The position numbers and the translations under genes were made by a program. 64,000 nucleotides of DNA, from NCBI RefSeq assembly GCF_009914755.1, contig NC_060925.1, one strand, 5' to 3'. This DNA comes from the human T2T-CHM13v2.0 reference genome, Homo sapiens. Below, piece by piece: positions 34,868 through 52,951 of this stretch. The notes under the pieces are model-generated. The model was not told the origin of the DNA. It worked only from the letters and a program-made list of their open reading frames with translations, and did not search any database. Numbering within the stretch: position 1 is the stretch's first letter; every line of letters begins with the position of its first letter.

Positions 34868-35022
34868 TTTTTGTTTTGTTTTTGAGATGGAATCTCGCTC
34901 TGTTGCCCAGGCTGGAGTGCAGCTGGAGCTCACTGCAACCTCTGCCTCCCTAGTTCAAGCAATTCTCCTACCTCAGCCCCCTGAGTAGCTGGGATTATAG
35001 GCATGAACCACCACGCCTGGCC
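34868..35022 (-). mobile_element. Alu right monomer/FRAM
   Basis: TSD ggataagtataagat. Confidence 0.9.
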
Positions 35023-35092
35023 GGGATAAGTATAAGATGTTTTATGTAAGCCTCAGGGTAACCATAAAGCAAAAGCCCATAATAGGTATGCA

Positions 35093-35455
<363 letters not shown>

Positions 35456-35565
35456 TTATAGAAAATCATCAAACCACAAAGGAAGAAAACGAGAGGGGAA
35501 GAAAGGAACAAGGAACTTCAAATCAACCAGAATAACAAAACAATAATTTAAAAAAAACCCAGTTT

Positions 35566-35895
35566 ATTGGAAATCATCATTCTCAGTAAACTATCGCAAG
35601 AACAAAAAACCAAACACCACATATTCTCACTCATAGGTGGGAACTGAACAATGAGAACACATAGACACAGGAAGGGGAACATCACACTCTGGGGACTGTT
35701 GTGGGGTGGGGGGAGGGGGGAGGGATAGCACTGGGAGATATACCTAATGCTAGATGACGAGTTAGTGGGTGCAGCGCACCAGCATGGCACATGTATACAT
35801 ATGTAACTAACCTGCACATTGTGCACATGTACCCTAAAACTTAAAGTATAATAAGTAAAAAAAAAAAAAACATAGAAAAAAAAAAGAAAAAAAAA
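35566..35895 (+). mobile_element. Young 5'-truncated L1PA (L1PA2/3-like) 3'UTR
   Basis: Near-consensus L1 3'UTR with poly-G tract, GAG diagnostic (gatgacgagttagtgg), poly(A), TSD aaaaaaaacccag. Confidence 0.93.
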
Positions 35896-36039
35896 CCCAG
35901 CAAACAATTTTTCAAATGGCACTTATAAGTCCTTACCTATACGTAATTACTTTGAATGTAAATGGATTAAATTATCTAATCAAAAGGCATAGAGTGGCTG
36001 AAAAGATTAAAAAAAAAAAACAACAACAAGACCCTTAGA

Positions 36040-36491
<452 letters not shown>

Positions 36492-36498
36492 GATCCTT

Positions 36499-36665
36499 GG
36501 AGCTGGCACAGTGGCCCACCCCTGTAATCCCAGTGACTCAGCAAGCTGAGGTGGGAGGATCACTTGAGCCCAGGAGTTGGAGGCTGCAGTGAGCTATGAC
36601 TGTGCTGCCATACTCCAGCCTGGGCAACAGAATGAGACCCTATCTCTAAAAACAAACAAAAAACA
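36499..36665 (+). mobile_element. FAM/FRAM monomer
   Basis: Old monomeric Alu text. Confidence 0.85.
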
Positions 36666-36711
36666 AGACCAAAGTATATGCTGCCTACATAAGACTCACT
36701 TCACCTTAAAG

Positions 36712-37025
36712 CAGGGGTCCCTAACGTCTGGTCCATGGACCAGTACAGGTCTGTACCCTGTTAGGAACCTGGACACACAGCAGGAAATGAGCAGCTAGCA
36801 AGAGAGCATCACCGCCTCAGCTCTGCCTCCTGTCAGATCAGTGGCAGCATTAGATTCTCATAGGAGCATGAACCCTACTGTGAAATGCACATGCAAGAAT
36901 CTAATGCCTGATGATCTGAGGTGGAACAGTTTCATCTTGAAGCCATCCCTCACCCCTGGCCTGTCCATGGAAAAATTGTCTTCAAAGAAACTGTTCCCTG
37001 GTGCCAAAAAGTTTGGGGATCATTG
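36712..37025 (+). mobile_element. MER1B (hAT-Charlie)
   Basis: TIR caggggtcc; 8-bp TSD ccttaaag (36704-36711 / 37026-37033). Confidence 0.9.
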
Positions 37026-37749
37026 CCTTAAAGGACTCTTGTAGACTGAAAGTGAAGGGAAAGATGACTGTTTGTTTATATAACTAATTATTGGAACCTC
37101 GTGTGGGGCTCTGTCTATCTAAACATACAATTCTAGATATACTGAGTTCAATATACTTTGTAACCAAATGATGTCCTCTAGCACAAATGTATATTCAATA
37201 TCTATTGGGCAATATTAGGTTTATCCGATCATGAATATCAGTTAAGAAAAAGTTGGACATTCATATGTAAATCATTCAGGAAACTAGAATTTGAAACATA
37301 ATGCTTTAAGCAATATGGAGGAGAAACTTCCTTTTGCTCCATACTTCACTTTGTATGATCTGGACTTGGGGGAGTCTTTAGAGTTTTTTGTTTTTCTAAG
37401 AGGTTAGGGATCAAAGATTATCCCTATCACTTGGAGGCAGTTCATGAACCATGCAGTAAAATGTCTGTATAGTAGGCTCCTCATTGAAGATGAATATTCA
37501 GCTTCATGTTACTCCATGAGTTTATTTTCTTTTTGTTATCCTCTAAGTTTGAATAAAGTGTTTGAGTGCTGTAGTCTTTTCTCAGTGCTAATCTTCTATT
37601 AATGGGATAGTTCTGCAACCATACTTGGGCCAGTATAGCACCAGTGATGGGAAATACCTAGAGCTCCACCAGAGGAAAAGCAAATCACTCGGGTTAAGAG
37701 TCAGAGTCCTTCTCCATCTTGATATTTTTCTTCAGTTGTCAAACTGGGA

Positions 37750-37980
37750 CAGGCAGAAAGATCTAGTTCAAGCCCTTGTTCCACTGCTTACTAGCTGTGT
37801 GATCTTGTACAAGTTAACCTTAGAAATGTTCACTTTCCTTTAGTGTAAGATTTGTCAAATGTATCTAATGTAAAATACAAGGATAGTGAAATTTATTTTA
37901 TGGAGATTACAATGAGAAAATATATGTAGAACATCTAGTACAATGCCTGACATCTATTAGGCACTTGATGAATGAGAGTT
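37750..37980 (+). mobile_element. MIR
   Basis: ccactgcttactagctgtgtgatcttgtacaagttaacc core. Confidence 0.7.
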
Positions 37981-38014
37981 ATTAAAATTATACTAGGTAC
38001 TGTACATTGCATTA

Positions 38015-38492
38015 GGCTGGTGGTTCTCAATTTTGCTGTGAACTTTTAAAAACTATGGTCCAGGCATGGTGGCTCACACCTGTGATCCAGCACTTTGGGA
38101 AGCTGAGGCAGGTGGATCACTTGAACTCAGGAGTTCAAGACCAGCTTGGACAACATAGCAAAACCTTGTCTCTACAAAAAATACAAAAATTCGTTAGGTG
38201 TGGTGGCACACACCTGTAGTCCCAACTATTTGGTGGGCTGAGGTGGGAGGTTTACTTGAGCCTGGGGAAGTTGAGGCTGCAGTGAGCCGTGTTTGTACCA
38301 CTGCACTCCAGCCTGGGACACAAAGTGAGACCCTGTCACAAAAACAAAACAACAACAACAACAAAAAACTATGTATCTCCAGCTCTGACCCTAGAAATTC
38401 TGATTTGGAGTGTTGGTTTGGGGCCAGGCATCTTTATGTTTTTTGGATTTTACAGGTGATTTTATCCTGTCTTCTTGGGTGATAACCACTGA
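38015..38492. mobile_element. MER5A-like element split by Alu
   Basis: gtggttctcaa... and caggtgatttt...gataaccactg ends. Confidence 0.6.
38057..38368 (+). mobile_element. Alu (AluJ-like)
   Basis: TSD aaaaactatg; (CAA)n tail. Confidence 0.93.
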
Positions 38493-38496
38493 CATA

Positions 38497-38730
38497 GGGC
38501 AATGGTCAGCAAACCTTTTTGGTAAATGGCCAGATAGTAAATATTTTAGGCTTTACATGGCATATGGTCTCTGTCACAGCTATTTGACTCTGTTATTGTA
38601 GTGTTAGAGCAGCTGTAGACAATATATAAACAAATAAGAATGAGTGTTTCTAATACAACTTTATTTATAAAAACAGACAAAAGGAAGTGGCAGGCCAGAT
38701 TTGGTGCCCAGACAATTGCTTGCCAAAACT
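38497..38730 (+). mobile_element. MER58A-like hAT element
   Basis: ggtcagcaaac..ggccagatagtaaatattttaggcttt..ggccagatttgg. Confidence 0.8.
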
Positions 38731-39519
38731 TTATTATGTGGAGGGAGATTTTTTTTTATTTGCTATAGCCAGGGAAAGTATATTATTATTATATTCAATG
38801 GCGGCATTAAAAGCCTTACAGTGTTTGGTGCAATACACAGTTAATTAAATAGACAATGCTCCTGCCTTCCAAGGAATTAGTCATTCAAAACAACAACACA
38901 GACATAATATTTATAAGTAATCCTGCATGAGTAATTATCACATAAACAAATGACTATACAAGACTACATGTGAAACTGAGTTCAGGAATGGCCAGATTCT
39001 CCTAATGCTTCCATTTACAAATATCAGATAAAATAAAAGGAACATAAGGACTCATTCAGGAACCAATGTAAAGAGGAGAATGATGCCCCAGAGTAGCTCC
39101 CTTTTTTCAGCAACAGGCTGTAAGGGAGCATCTTTTAAAAAGGGATCCTTTAAATAGTACTTCATGGCTTTCCACATGGCTGAATTTACCTTCTCTCAAC
39201 ACTGATTTCTTCATCAAAATACATTTTTGTCTGATTTATCCTCTGAGTTTAGGGGCTATATTATGGTTAAATTTAATGATACCAGTGCTCATTACCTTTA
39301 ATCTGGAACAAAGAAAAATATCTTCTGTCTCAATAGGAATAGAACTTAAAGGAAAAGTCAGTGGATCAGTTTGTGTGGATGTGTGCGCAAGTGTGTATAG
39401 GTATGTTTAAATAAAGTTATTGGTAATTTAGTAACCTACTGCCTACAATGGTAGAAAGGATGCAGTAGTAGCTGTTGGATAGGGCAAGGTTCTTATATAG
39501 CCCTGAGGGATGTGTAAGT

Positions 39520-40345
39520 GTTGTAAACATTAGTAATTTTGGCTGCCCAGCATCTGACTCTCTCCTCCTCCCTGTCTTTGGGAATTCTCCATTTGGGAGT
39601 TTTAGTGGATGGCAGGGTCTCTTCTCCCACTATAAGGACTGGAAAGGTCAGATACTTGCCTAAATGCCCTCCCTCAATCTGCCAAACACAAAATACACAC
39701 CCAACTAGGCTGAAGGAAAGTGATCTAAGCTTGGACGACTATAGATGCTGTTAGTTGGGACTGTGAATCTGCAGTAAGTTACACAGAATTAAGTAGAATT
39801 CATCCCACTAGCAGCGCTGGTACCAAGAGTCTGGTGGGACATCAGAGTCTGATGGCAGCAATCCCTGAGGTGATGGCCAGCATCCACTGGCAGTGGCAGT
39901 GGTACTCTTATCAGGGCATTTCAACGCTGACATTAGCTGTGATTCTGGCTATCTAGGTTCTCTCAATTCCTGTTCTTCATAACTGTGAACTGCCTGGGCG
40001 CGGTGGCTCAGGCCTGTAATCCCAACACGTTAGGAGGCTTGAACTCAGGAGTTCAAGACCAGTCAGGGCAGAACAGCGAAACCCCTTCTCTACCAAAAAT
40101 ATATATAAAAAAAAAAATAGCTAGGCATGGTGGTACATGCCTGTGGTCCCAGCTACTCAGGAGGCTGAGGTGGGAGGATCACTTGAGCCTGGGAGGCAGT
40201 GGCTGCAGTGAGCCAAGATCAGGCTACTGCACTCCAACCTGGGTGACAGAGTGAGACCCCATCTCAAAAAAACAAAACAAAACAAAAAAACTTTGAGCTA
40301 CTCAGTTTGCTCCTAGTAAATTCCTATTCTGCCTAAGTTAGCCAC
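39520..40345 (+). mobile_element. Old ERVL LTR (LTR33/LTR16-like), interrupted by Alu
   Basis: tttggctgcccagcatctga.. start; taaattcctattctgcctaagttagcc end. Confidence 0.55.
39990..40290 (+). mobile_element. Alu (AluJ-like)
   Basis: Alu with left-arm deletion. Confidence 0.9.
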
Positions 40346-40849
40346 TGAGATAGTTTCACCTATAAGGAAGAGTGTAGAAATCAAGGGACTGCAGAAATAA
40401 TCTATTTTTCTATTTCCCATATAGACACCCTTTACTCAGTTTAAAGGACTTATCCATGTTTTTTCTTTTTCTGTGCCCTGATTTTTATGATTGCAGTTGT
40501 CAGAGTCTCAAAACTTCAAGGTACATCTATATCCATTTCACTTAAATTGAAGTGAAGGTATCCTAAATGACATGTTTCCTTCTGTTAACTCAGTTCATTT
40601 ATTATTCCCAAATAATAAGCCCTCCTGTCAAGCTTTTGATTTGGACTTTTTACCCATCTGTCAAGAATGTTCAGTGTCTACTTTAAAACTAATATTGCAC
40701 TAATTTCTCAAGGGGAAAGTGTCCATATCAATTTCTCTCTTAGTCAGGATTTATATCCTAGGGGAGAAAAAGAAGAATAAAATAATCTCTTCCTTGGCTA
40801 AAAACTATTACAAAAAATAAATGTTTTTTTCTTGAATTCCTAACAAGAA

Positions 40850-40932
40850 TTTTTCTTTTTTTCTTTTTCTTTCTTTTTTGAGACGGAGTCTTGCTCTGTC
40901 ACCCAGGCTGGAGTGCAGTGGCGCGATCTCGG
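40850..40932 (-). mobile_element. Severely 5'-truncated Alu
   Basis: Last ~55 nt of Alu plus tail; TSD aagaatttttct. Confidence 0.9.
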
Positions 40933-41213
40933 AAGAATTTTTCTAATCAAGCATTTCATCTGGGGCAATCAAGCAATCAAAGCCTTCCTTGCTGAAATTA
41001 CATGGAAAAAGAATTATTTTCTACATTTTTGCAAAAATATTTTAACTACCAAAATTGAAATGTTCATTTATGGTTTTTTTTTCTGCAAAGATACTTAACC
41101 TTGTTTCTGCAACATCTAATTGAGTCACAAATGTTCTCAAGTGATGATATAAAAGTCACAGAACAAAATTAATTCGTATTCACTTTATTACAACCACAAC
41201 AAATATTTGGTAA

Positions 41214-41621
<408 letters not shown>

Positions 41622-42149
41622 TAATTAAATAACCACAAGTATGTTAAGTGTCCTGAAGGCCAAAGTACATGGGGATGTTTAGCAGTAAGAATTGACCTAA
41701 TCTGATGAACAGAGAAGGTTCCTCAAGAAAGTGATGTTTAAGCTGAAGTGAAAAGATGAGTAGGAATTAGCTAGGCAAATGAGGGGTAAAATGTTTCAGG
41801 GCAGAGGATAGCATGTGCAGTATCTCTGAGGTAGGAAAAAGTGTGGTATATTTAAGGAACTAACAGAAATCCAGTTTGGCTGAAGAAAGTATACAGATTC
41901 AGAGGGAGCCTAGCAAACAAAGAAGATGCCACAGAGGCCAGCAGGTAGACCTTGGAAGCCAAAGTAGGAATTTCAAGCTTTATTTAATTTATTTTTTCAA
42001 TATCTTCAAATCATTTGAGCTTTATTTTAAGATAAGTTTGCTAGATAGTGTACAGGATGTTAAACTAATTTATATTTTAAATAAACAATAGTATTCTAGT
42101 ATATGTCCCAAATATTGCATGGAACATAAATTGAAAAAATTATCCATTA

Positions 42150-42475
42150 TTTTTATTTATCTATTTATTTAGGAGATACAGGGTCTCACTCTGTCTCACT
42201 CCAGGTTGGAGTGCAGTGGCACGATCATAGCTCACTGTAACCTCAAACTCTTGGGCTTAAGTGATCCTCTTGTCTCAACCTCTTCAGTAGCTAGGACTAC
42301 AGGCAAGCTCCACCTCACTGGGCTATTCTCTATTTTAAGAGCAAAGTCTGAAAGGCTGAAGAGGGACATGGCAAGATTTCCCTGTTGGCCAGGCGCAGTG
42401 GCTCATGCCTGTAATCCTAGGATTTTGAGAGGCTGAGGAGGACAGATCTCTTGAGCCCAGGTATTTAAGACCACC
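42150..42475. mobile_element. Alu monomer fragments (minus right arm 42150-42325; plus left arm 42387-42475)
   Basis: Alu monomer text. Confidence 0.8.
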
Positions 42476-42509
42476 ATCATAAAAAGAAAGCATCCCCCAC
42501 ATCTAGAAG

Positions 42510-42680
42510 CTTTATACTCATTATATTGAATCTTTACAATACTAGAAGATGGATATTATTACTGCCGTTTTACAGAATAAGAAACTGAGGTTTGGGATGG
42601 TTCAATAACTCACTCCAAATAAAACAGAGTAAATAGCAGAACTAGGATTCAAAGCCAGTTATACTCATTCCAATGTACTC
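42510..42680 (-). mobile_element. MIR
   Basis: ttttacagaataagaaactgaggttt..ggattcaaagccag. Confidence 0.7.
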
Positions 42681-43382
42681 AGTCTATATTATAACAGTAC
42701 TGACTCTCTTAGATATCTCAAGTAAATTTAGCCAATCCAAAGCTTGAATGGCTTTCTCTTTTTAATGATAGTAATAACAATAACCAATTTGACTCAGTTA
42801 ATCATGAGATACAGGGCTGGTCCTGAGACTGTTTACCTCCAGATCCATTTCTTGCTTTACTTGATCCCTGATTCACAGTAAGGACTGGCCTTCCTGTGTC
42901 AGCTGCCTTGCTGGTGTGTTTGGCTAAGAAGGAGGAAAAAGAAGCCAAGTTACTTCTTGCTGATTCTCTTCCTCTTGCTTCAGGTGGAATCCTGGGCAAC
43001 AGCTGTTTCCTTCATGGCCCCACCTGAGGCTGAGCAGGCTTCCACCAGGTAACCCTAGTCCCTGGGCCCCAGTAAAACATTTTCCTCTCTTTGTCCCTTT
43101 AAACTAGTGTTGTTGGTGGCTAATCTCTGGATTGCCCCTCCTAACACCTATGTAACTAATTCCGTACATCAAACATTGTCTGTTTTAAATATTTAGAGTA
43201 TCTTCCACAAGCCTGATAGGACCCTGGTATGGACATTGTCTTGGCCAGTGTCATGGATAGGATATTGCTAGTTTGGACTGAAAGACCTCTCTTCTCATTC
43301 TGATAATCTCTAATCTTACTGGTGAGAGCCTAAAAATATTATTATTATTTTTATTTTTAGCTTAAAGCTTTGAATTCTGTCA

Positions 43383-43718
<336 letters not shown>

Positions 43719-44422
43719 GATATATATACATATACATATATTTATGTATATATATTCAAAGAACAGTCTGTTTCACTGGAAGGGCTAATTGTACCCACAG
43801 CCTCTTTCTAGGGAAATCTTTAACAATGCGATATCCTTGGGTATCAGAATAAGTGGATGTGTTTGTTCCTCTTGACTGGACCAGGTGAGTGCCATTGGCC
43901 CAAGAACAGCAAACGATTGACTGGCTGGCTTCCTATGAAAGAACTTGGAGTGAGAGCTTTGTCATCAGGTCCTTAGCAACAATCTATCTGGTATTTGATC
44001 TATAGATTTAGGGGGTCAATTAGTTGGTATTAGGAGCAAGGGCAGAAAGTCACCCTGAGAGAAACAGAATCGTAGAGAAAAGATACGATGTCAATAGCTG
44101 AGCACTCAGGAAATGTCAGCAAGTTCTTGCAGCAGAGGGGATGCTTTATTTGTGCTGAATCCTGAAGAAGTTTTTAGTTCAGAAACCACAGTATTGACTC
44201 TGTCTAGTTCAGCTGTATTCAGATTCACATTATTCCTGTGTGATCCAGTGATCTTGCCATTTCCTATTTTCCTGGTTGGCTGAGATTTGTGGCTAAGATT
44301 CGTCTTTATTTTCTTTTTAAAATTTCCCTGAATATCTTTTTAGTAAACCGTCTACTACTTGATATAATCTGAGTGTGCTTATGTTTCCTGCAACTGATAT
44401 AAAAACCTAAAACAGTTTTTAA

Positions 44423-44887
<465 letters not shown>

Positions 44888-44894
44888 AGCAGCT

Positions 44895-45130
44895 AATCTT
44901 AATTGAGTGCTGAGGTTGTGTCAGGCATTGTTCTGAATGTAATAACTCATTTAAATTCTTACAACAGCTTTATAAATTGGTATTATTATTATCACCATTT
45001 TACAAATGAGGAAATGTAGGAAAGAGAAAGGTTAAGTTATCGCCCAGCAGTCACTCATCAAAACTGTGGTAGAGCTGGAAATTGAGCTTGGCAATCTGCT
45101 GCAGGATCTGGACTGTGAAGTCATCCTGCT
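44895..45130 (-). mobile_element. MIR
   Basis: ccattttacaaatgaggaaa core. Confidence 0.7.
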
Positions 45131-45276
45131 AAAGAGTAGGAGGAAAAACTGCCCAATATTGTTGAATATGCAAAAACATATTTTCCAGTATACTCAGTGG
45201 AGATTTTGGAATCAATCCAAGAGATCAGTTTGGTTTTGACCTTCATAAGAGGTTGAAGACTCAGAAATATTTACTG

Positions 45277-45577
45277 GGCTGAGTGCAGTGGCTCATGCCT
45301 ATAATCCCAGCAATTTGAGAGGCTGAGGCCAGAGGATTGCTTGAGGCCAGGAGTTTGAGACCAGCTTGGACAACATAGTGAGATCCCTGTCTCTACAAAA
45401 AATAAAAAAAAAATTAGCCAGGCGTGGTGGTGTATACCTGTAATCCTAGCTACTCGGGAGGCTAAGGCAAGAGGATCACTTGAACCCAGGAACTGAGGCT
45501 TCAGTGAGCTATGATCGTGCCACTGCACTGCAGCTTAGGTGACAGAGTGAGACTCTGTCTCTAAAAACTAAATAAAA
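45277..45577 (+). mobile_element. Alu (AluJ-like)
   Basis: Full Alu consensus. Confidence 0.93.
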
Positions 45578-45838
45578 TATAGAAATTTATTGAAGGTTAG
45601 AGCGAATTAAAAAATTCATCGGTGTTCTAAATCACCCAAAGAATATATGGGATACAATGTATTTCGATACCCTAGGAAAATAGCCACCAAAAAAAGCACA
45701 TCCTTGGGTATTAACCAAGAGTTTACTTGTATTACAAACAACTTTATCTACTGAACAATTGGAGACTGTCTTTTTGTAGGCTGAGAGTAAGCATTGGGCC
45801 AAGTTTAAATCAGCTCTTGTTCATAAGGAGATAATGAA

Positions 45839-45968
45839 GGCTGGGTGTGATGCTGGCTCACACCTGTAATCCCAACACTTTGAGAGACCAAGGTGGGAGG
45901 ATCACTGGAGCCCAGGAGTTCAAGACCAGCCTGGGCAATGTGGCGAGATCCTGTCTCTAAAAAAAAAA
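45839..45968 (+). mobile_element. FLAM
   Basis: Monomer with A tail. Confidence 0.88.
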
Positions 45969-46379
45969 CAGATCTTGAGATCCAGCAACACCTTTGGACA
46001 CTTATTTCTTCCCTCAGGGGTTTATGTAATTTGTCCTGCATTCCTTTGTTCTACACAGTTGCCACCACACCATCTATGTTTCTCCTCACAAGGCTGTCTG
46101 AGAAACCATCTCTTCAGCCTTCTCTAACCCTCCTTGATTACCTTAGAAAAAAAGCCTAGAGGCCCTTTTCCTTTTTAAGGAATCACTGTTAATAGCTATG
46201 GGGAAACAAATTTGTAGGCAAAAGAAATAGATGAAAATGGGGAAGCAACAAATAATCACAAAATGTAAACAAGTTCTACAATTTTTTCCTAATATTTTAC
46301 CAAAATGAGTTAATAGACTGGGCCTAAACTAGTTTTATCATAGTCCTACCCGGAACTTGCTTTTTGCATAATTGCTATT

Positions 46380-46600
46380 TTTTGAGCACTTATACACTGG
46401 GCACTGTCTGAACCATTTTACTCATCCTAGCTCCTCATAACATCCTTGTGAGGTAGGCACAGTTAGCATCCTATTTCATATGAGGAAACAGGCACAGAAG
46501 GGTTGGCTACTTGCCCAAGGTGACAATGAATAATAACAGAGTCATGATTCAAACTGCAGCTGCCTAGCTCTGAAGTCTACTCTCTTGACTACTGCACTAT
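46380..46600 (-). mobile_element. MIR
   Basis: tgaggaaacaggcacagaagggtt..cttgcccaaggtgaca. Confidence 0.75.
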
Positions 46601-47458
46601 ATGGCTTCTCTAGTATGGTCACATCAGGACAGATGGTTGTCAAGTGGAAGCGTGTAACAATTTGGGGCACTGAGTGGAAGTATGGCTTAAGGGTTGACTG
46701 TTCTGGCAGGCTCTCCTTAGCAGAATACTTGGCAAGATCACCACTGCCTGGTGACTGCTCCTCAGCTTTGGAGATTTGTAAACTGGATTTTCTCCATTAC
46801 CCAGATGTGAATAGTGTCTTGAAGGCAATTCACACTGACCAAACTCAGGACACTTATATACTGGTCATAATATCATAAGGCATTTCTCTTTTCATCATCT
46901 GGAAACTCTTACTGCTCTCTGGGGCTCTCTCTTCCTGCCATCAGGGGCCCTGGAAAACCAGAGTTTACTAGTGAGAATGGAATTGTAGCAAAGGAAGTAG
47001 AAAATTTGAGAGGTAATACACGTTGAGCATCCCTAATCTGAAAATCCAAAATCGAAAATCCTCCAAAATCTGAAACATTTTCAGTACTGACATGATGCCA
47101 CAAGTGAACAATCCTACACCTGATCTCATGTAATGGATTGTAGTCAAAATGCAGATGCACAACACAGTTTATTCAGCATCCTCAAAGGAAACAAGACCCT
47201 CCCACTTGTGTGTGAATTCACTTTTGTGTAAATAAGTGTCAGAAAATTATTGTTTATCAATAGCACATAAATTTTGAGTCAGGAATGATGGTGATGCCGA
47301 ACAAACACATATTGTCCACATGGGTAACCAAGACAGTGACACATTTGCTTTCTGACAGTTCAATGTACACAAACTTTGTTTCATGCACAAAATTATTTAA
47401 AATGCTGTATAGAATTAACTTCAGGCTCTGTGTATAAAGTATGTATGAAACATAAATG

Positions 47459-47769
47459 AGCTGAGCACCATGGCTAGCTCCTATAATCCCAGTTACTCAG
47501 GAGGCAGAGATGGGAAAATTGCTTGAGGCCAGGAGTTCAAGGTCAGCCTGGGTAATGTAGCAAGACCTCATCTGTAAAAAATTTTTTAAATTAGCTAGGT
47601 GTGGCAGCTTGTACCTGTAGTTCTAGCTACTGGGAGGCTAAGGCAGAAGGATCATTTGAGCCCAAGAGCCTATTAAGACTGCAGTGAGCAATGATCAAGC
47701 CATTACACTCCAGCCTGGTTGACAGGGTATTTTTTTTTTCTCTAAAAAAAGAAGAAGAAAGAAAAGAAA
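47459..47769 (+). mobile_element. Alu (AluJ-like)
   Basis: Divergent Alu; TSD aaacataaatga. Confidence 0.9.
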
Positions 47770-47833
47770 CATAAATGAATTTCATATTTAGTCTTAGGTC
47801 TTATCCCTGAGAGATCTCATTATGTATACACAA

Positions 47834-48627
<794 letters not shown>

Positions 48628-48719
48628 ATGTTGACCCAATTCTCTCTTCCTCCCCTCTCATTGAACTGTCTTCCCTCAACTCGTATGTAAAACTTTCAGC
48701 AGTGAAATCAGATCAAATA

Positions 48720-49337
<618 letters not shown>

Positions 49338-49563
49338 CAAATACTTCCTATAAACTCTTTTTGACTAGTTAATAAATGCATATCTCAATAGGAAAAAATC
49401 TCAAGAATCAAGAATCTTCGTTATTGTTTTTAGGCTGCATTCTTTGAACATTGAGCATATACTTCTTTTTTCACTTCTTTCTTTTTTTCTTTTTGATATT
49501 TAGGTGTCCAAAAGCAAAAAGGATGTATTTTATTAGTCTATAAGAGAATTATTGGATACTACC

Positions 49564-50290
<727 letters not shown>

Positions 50291-51351
50291 TACTACTTTT
50301 TTTTTTTTTTTGCTAGTTACCTATACACCTGAAAATCTCTTGAGTTTCATTATATTCCTCCAAATATTGTTTGATTCTTCTGCAAACACTAACAAAGATA
50401 ACTTTAGAATTATCTAGAGTTACTTAGATTTAATGCTGTACCTTTCAGAAAGATCCCAGCGTTCTCTATAATATATACTGGTCTTATTATTTTATGTAGA
50501 CACACTGCACTTCCTTAGTGCCTTTCATCTGAGGATCATAAACTGCACAGCAAACATTAATTAATTCTTACAACAACTTTGTGAACTATAATTTTTATGT
50601 GCATATAGTAAATGAATCACCCAAAGACCAGCAAAGCACAGCCTTTGTGAGGGAAGACTAGGCTTAGCACAACTTAATATATAAACAACCTATTCAAATA
50701 GTTTAGGTCAGGAAAGAAGACATCATTTTTCATTTAACTGAAACCACAAATGGAGTTTCAATAAGAAAATGATTATCCAAATTATGACTTATCTAAGTGT
50801 CCACAAGCAAAACTTGGAGTTTTGAAACAAACATTATCAGAAAAAGAAAGAGGCGTTAGAGTCTATTAATAGCTACACCTTCAATCTTATTGTTACTCCT
50901 AGAACAAGCACTTCGGCAAAAAGGAAGCAGGCCTAGTCATTAACTGCAGCTTTGATTTAGTATCAGTCAAAGAAAGTGTGCCACAGGCTGATTCATCAAC
51001 ACTCTGCTTCCTACCTAGATTCCCCTGAGTTTCTCTCACTCAGGTGCGTAGCAGGCCAAGCCCTATTTAGCAGAAAAGAGATGAAATCATTATTGTGTTT
51101 TAGGCCACTCTCTTTAACAAAAACAAAATTAGAAATATAATTTATAAAGGAAAATATTTACAAGAAAATGGTTTCCTTCTTTTCTAAGTTGACTCACTGA
51201 AACATCAAGAATATGTACCAACAAATGCTTTGCTCAGGGAAACTGATTTAACACCTTTTCTTTTATTGGGAGCTCATCTTTATTCTAGCTTTTTATTTAG
51301 AAATTTTCAAGTACACATAAAGTAGATAGAATTATATAATAAAAACCTCAG

Positions 51352-51652
<301 letters not shown>

Positions 51653-51814
51653 AATTAATAAAAACCTCAAGTACCCACCACCCACCTCTAGCAGTTATCT
51701 CAGCTCCTCTTACTCAAACATTGTCATGTAATGTACACTGCAGAAATTCCCAGTCCCTTGGTTTGACAACAGCACAGTTATCTCAAAGGGTCACATGGAA
51801 TCCTGAAAGCTAAA

Positions 51815-52121
51815 TTTTATTTTTATTTATTATTATTTTTTCAGACAGAGTCTTGCTCTGTCACCCAGGCTGGAGTGCAGTGGTGCAGTCTCAACTCACT
51901 GCAACCTCCCCCTCAGGAGTTCAAGTGATTCTTGTGCTTCAGCCACCTGAGTAGCTGGGATTACAGGTGTGCAACACCACACTGGCTAACTTTTGTATTT
52001 TTAGTAGAGATGGGGTTTTACCATGTTGGCCAGGCTGGTCTTGGACTTCTGACCTCAAGTGATCCACCTGCTTCAACTTCCCAAAGTACTGGGATTATTG
52101 GTGTGAGCCACTCCACCTGGT
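51815..52121 (-). mobile_element. Alu
   Basis: Reverse Alu consensus. Confidence 0.93.
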
Positions 52122-52607
52122 CAACAAACAATAATTTGTTGACCTATTCCTCCAAATTACTTTCCAATATTTGTCCTAGAAACAATCTCCCCTCTTTTTT
52201 TTTCCATTTTACCTGTTTCTTTATGACTTATGCCCATATTCTTGATAATATCTTTATAAAACTGCCTCTTGGTTTATCACTTTTAGAAATTATCAGTTGA
52301 CTTCCTGGCATAGTAGAAAGAGTTTACTTGTTCAACAAATATTAATTGAACAACTACTATATGACAAATTCTGCTCTATGTGCTGGGGGTGCCAGAGGCA
52401 CAAAACAGACAACGCCTTGATTTTGTGGAACTTGCAGTCAAGTGGATTAGACCCTTTTACAATCCTTCCATCCATTTCCCATAGTTCTGTTATAATTATA
52501 TAATAATTTTAGTTAAATTAATCATCTGTGTTTGTTTGTGTAGATGTTGTTCACTGTGGTGCTCTAAACTGTACTATAATCATATTTCTTCTTTCTGCAA
52601 CTCTTGA

Positions 52608-52951
52608 ATACCTTAGACCATTTGTGCTGCTATAACAAAATACCACAGCCTGAGTAATTTATGAACAGTAGATATTTCTCTCTCACAGTTCTGGAGGCTG
52701 GAAGATCAAGATCAAGGCATTCAGCATCTTGTGAAGGCCTTCTTGCTGCATCCTCACATGGCAGAAGGAAGGCAGAAGGGCAAAAAGAGCTGAACTCTGT
52801 GTGAAACTTCTTTTTTATAAGACCCTAATCCCATTCACAAAGGAGGTGCCTTCAAGACCTAATTGCCTCCCAAAGGCCCCACCTCTTAATATTATCGCGT
52901 TGGAAATTAAGTTTCAACATGAATTTTGGGCAACACATTCAGACTATAGCA
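52608..52951 (-). mobile_element. MST/MLT1A-family MaLR solo LTR
   Basis: gctgctataacaaaataccaca..ctcacagttctggaggctgg..cccaaaggccccacctcttaata..gtttcaacatgaattttgg. Confidence 0.85.
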
